Below, in pieces: positions 61,915 to 64,000 of a stretch of 64,000 nucleotides of DNA. The notes under the pieces are model-generated. The model did no database searches. It had not been told where the DNA came from and worked only from the letters and a program-made list of their open reading frames with translations. The position numbers and the translations under genes are program-made. Numbering within the stretch: the stretch's first letter is position 1; every line of letters starts with the position of its first letter. The DNA is from Candidatus Latescibacterota bacterium (GTDB lineage: Bacteria > Latescibacterota > UBA2968 > UBA8231). The DNA lies in NCBI GenBank assembly GCA_965248265.1, contig CBDFJF010000002.1, positions 3,008,001-3,072,000 on the forward strand, written 5' to 3'.

Positions 61915-63545
61915 ATGAACCGACGACGCCGATTGATCTACAACGACGACGGTGGGGGCATTTCCATGGGCAGCAGCGGCGACCCCGTCGAACAGCTGCG
62001 GGACTGGGTTGACCGGGTGCTCGAGCACATCCGACTGGACAGTTTCGCGTTGTCGGTCGCCGAGCCGGACATCATGTTCTGCCGCAGCGAAGCCGGGGAG
62101 ACGGTGGGCCAACGTTTCGCCAACCTCAGGGACATCAAGGCGGACCACATGCGCCGGATCGCCACGGCGATTCGCGTCTTGATGGCGCAAGGCACTGATT
62201 CGCTTACGGTCATCGCCGACCGCGTGCACGAGCACGGCGTCGAGTTTCTGGCCGAGATGCGCATGGGCGACACGCACGTCGTCAAGGTCGATCCGAATGA
62301 CGCGTTCTGCCCGCAGATCACGGTCGACCATCCCGAGTGGATCATCCGGCGCAGCGATCAACTGCCGGAGGGCGTGCACGAAACCGCGCTGGACTATTCG
62401 TTCGCCGCCGTGCGCGAGCACCGGTTAGCCATTGTGCGCGAGTTGGCGCACCGGCCGGAGGTGGACGGGCTTGAGCTCAACTTCATCCGATACACTTCGT
62501 CCGCGAAGAAGCGCCGGAGAAGGCACCGATCATGACCGAGTATGTTGGGCGGATTCACCGCGTCTTGGCGGAAGCGGCCGAGGCACGCGGGCAGGACCAT
62601 CTGACGCTGGGCGTGCGCGTGCCGTCAACACTCGACGAATGTCGGGACGCCGGGCTGGACCCGCAGGCGTGGGTCGCCAACGGCTGGCTCGACTATCTGG
62701 CCGCGTGTGACTACAACTACTCGGACCCCCAGATCCCGATCGAGCAGTTCGCGTCGTTCACCGGAGACACGGAGTGTTCGTTGTTGCAGCAGATGGGGGA
62801 CATGATCGGCGGGGTCTGGCAGGGCAAGCCGTCGATGCAGGACCGCCAGCGCGGATCGGCCGTGTTCATGGATAACTACCACGGGTTGCTGAACACGGAC
62901 GCCGAGGCGCGGGCCACGGCGTATAACGGCTACGCCGCCGGCGCCGACGGCGTCGCGTTCTGGAATATCTGCTGCAACATGGACAGCGGCGGCCATTGGG
63001 GCGGACCGGAGCATCGCGCCCGCATGCTCAGTTGGATGAATGCAGTCGCCGACCCGCAGACCGTGTTGGCCGGGCCGCGACACTATCACTTCCTGCCCAT
63101 GTGGAAATGGCTCGAAACGCCATGGCGCAACTACGCCGTGAACCGGCAGTACCACAGCCCCACGGGGAATACGAACTGCCAGATTCTGACGTTCGGGTCC
63201 GATCGGGTCGGCACGCGACAGGTTTACGCCTTCCGCATGGCCGACGGGAGTAACGGCGAGCGCCTCCAGGGCACGCTGCGATTCCAGGTCTTCCACGTCG
63301 ATGGGGACGATGAGTTCGCGATCGACCTCAACGGCGCGCCGTTGTCGGTGCAAGTGGTGCGCCGCGAGTATCGGCCCGATGCCGATCCGCCCGCGACGTG
63401 GTTTGAAATCTCGCTGGCCGATTGCCCACCCTTTCGTTTCAAGAACGAGTTGGGCCTGACGCTGTTACGCCTGGGCCCTGGTCTGGGCCTTGCCGAAAAG
63501 GCGCAGGCACCCTACATGGAAGAACTGGAAGTGTTCGTCGAATGA
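61915..63545 (+). pseudogene. GHL10-like TIM-barrel glycoside hydrolase-like gene split by one frameshift
   Basis: LIYNDDG, RMGDTH, LDYS...VR, DGLELNF.R; from about 62495 the other frame continues HFVREEAPEKAPIMTEYV..LGVRVP...GLD...W. Confidence 0.7.
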
Positions 63546-63946
63546 TCCGACGATCCGAATTCGACATCTCAATGAACGGTCGCACGCTTCCTTGCTCACT
63601 GGCCGAGCCCGGCCGCGATACGGCGCCGAGTGACCCGGCGTTGCTAATGTGTCTGGGTGGACCGCGGAAGAAAGCGATGGAAGAATCGCCCTATGTGCAT
63701 TCGGTCGAACGGTTTGTCGACGCAGGCTATCGAGCCGTCAGTATCGATCTACCCTTTCACGGTGACCGCGGCGACCCGCGGGGCCCAAACGGGTTGTTGG
63801 GCATGTGCGCGGCGGTCGTGGCCGGCGAGGACCCGTTCGCCATGTTTGTCGAAGACGGGATGGCCCGTATCGATGAGTGCATTCGGCGAGGTCATGCCGG
63901 AGCGAACCATGGCGTTTACGTCTATGGTCATCGCCCGCTCTGCTGA
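63542..63946 (+). pseudogene. Alpha/beta hydrolase-like N-terminal fragment
   Basis: ATGA-coupled start; GY.AVS.DLP.HG.R motif; stops where the GxSxG elbow is expected. Confidence 0.5.
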
Positions 63947-64000
63947 ACCATGAGCATGCGACGGAATTACAAGCCGCTGATGCGCAAGATCGAGGCGATG

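Noticed and set aside
63941-64000. TGC-TGA ('CU') with the frame open to the window end as a second selenoprotein
   Set aside because: The upstream ORF appears truncated or chimeric, an ATG follows 3 nt after the stop, no clear hairpin is visible, and there is too little sequence to judge.

Overview
GC-rich bacterial DNA with two zones. Positions 1 to about 18 kb are intact housekeeping sequence: acetolactate synthase, malic enzyme, thrS behind a Thr-rich leader-peptide attenuator, four response regulators with no adjacent kinase, an M50 peptidase, proS, a metallophosphoesterase, a 1124-aa CPBP protease fusion, DUF72 and aroK. From about 18 kb on the DNA is a decaying accessory region. Intact cargo there includes kefC/kefF, aldo-keto reductases, TetR-MFS, PAS kinases, a CopA-type ATPase, MBL and alpha/beta hydrolases, a beta-carbonic anhydrase, an MCP and a DUF433/DUF5615 toxin-antitoxin pair. 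It is interleaved with many truncated or chimeric gene remnants, two tyrosine-recombinase genes (one a fragment), phage-like small membrane ORFs, two identical IS630 copies and an att-like tRNA-Thr 3' fragment. The strongest candidate for a new system is a probably secreted FG-GAP/ASPIC-UnbV beta-propeller fused to a TlpA-like CxxC thioredoxin (33064-35886, minus strand). It is one 940-codon frame broken by a single in-frame TGA followed by SECIS-like hairpins, so it is probably a selenoprotein. Other highlights are the thrS attenuator, a 53-bp direct repeat that precedes small AT-rich genes like cassettes, and an attP-like tRNA junction. All calls come from reading the sequence and recalled family motifs; no searches were run.
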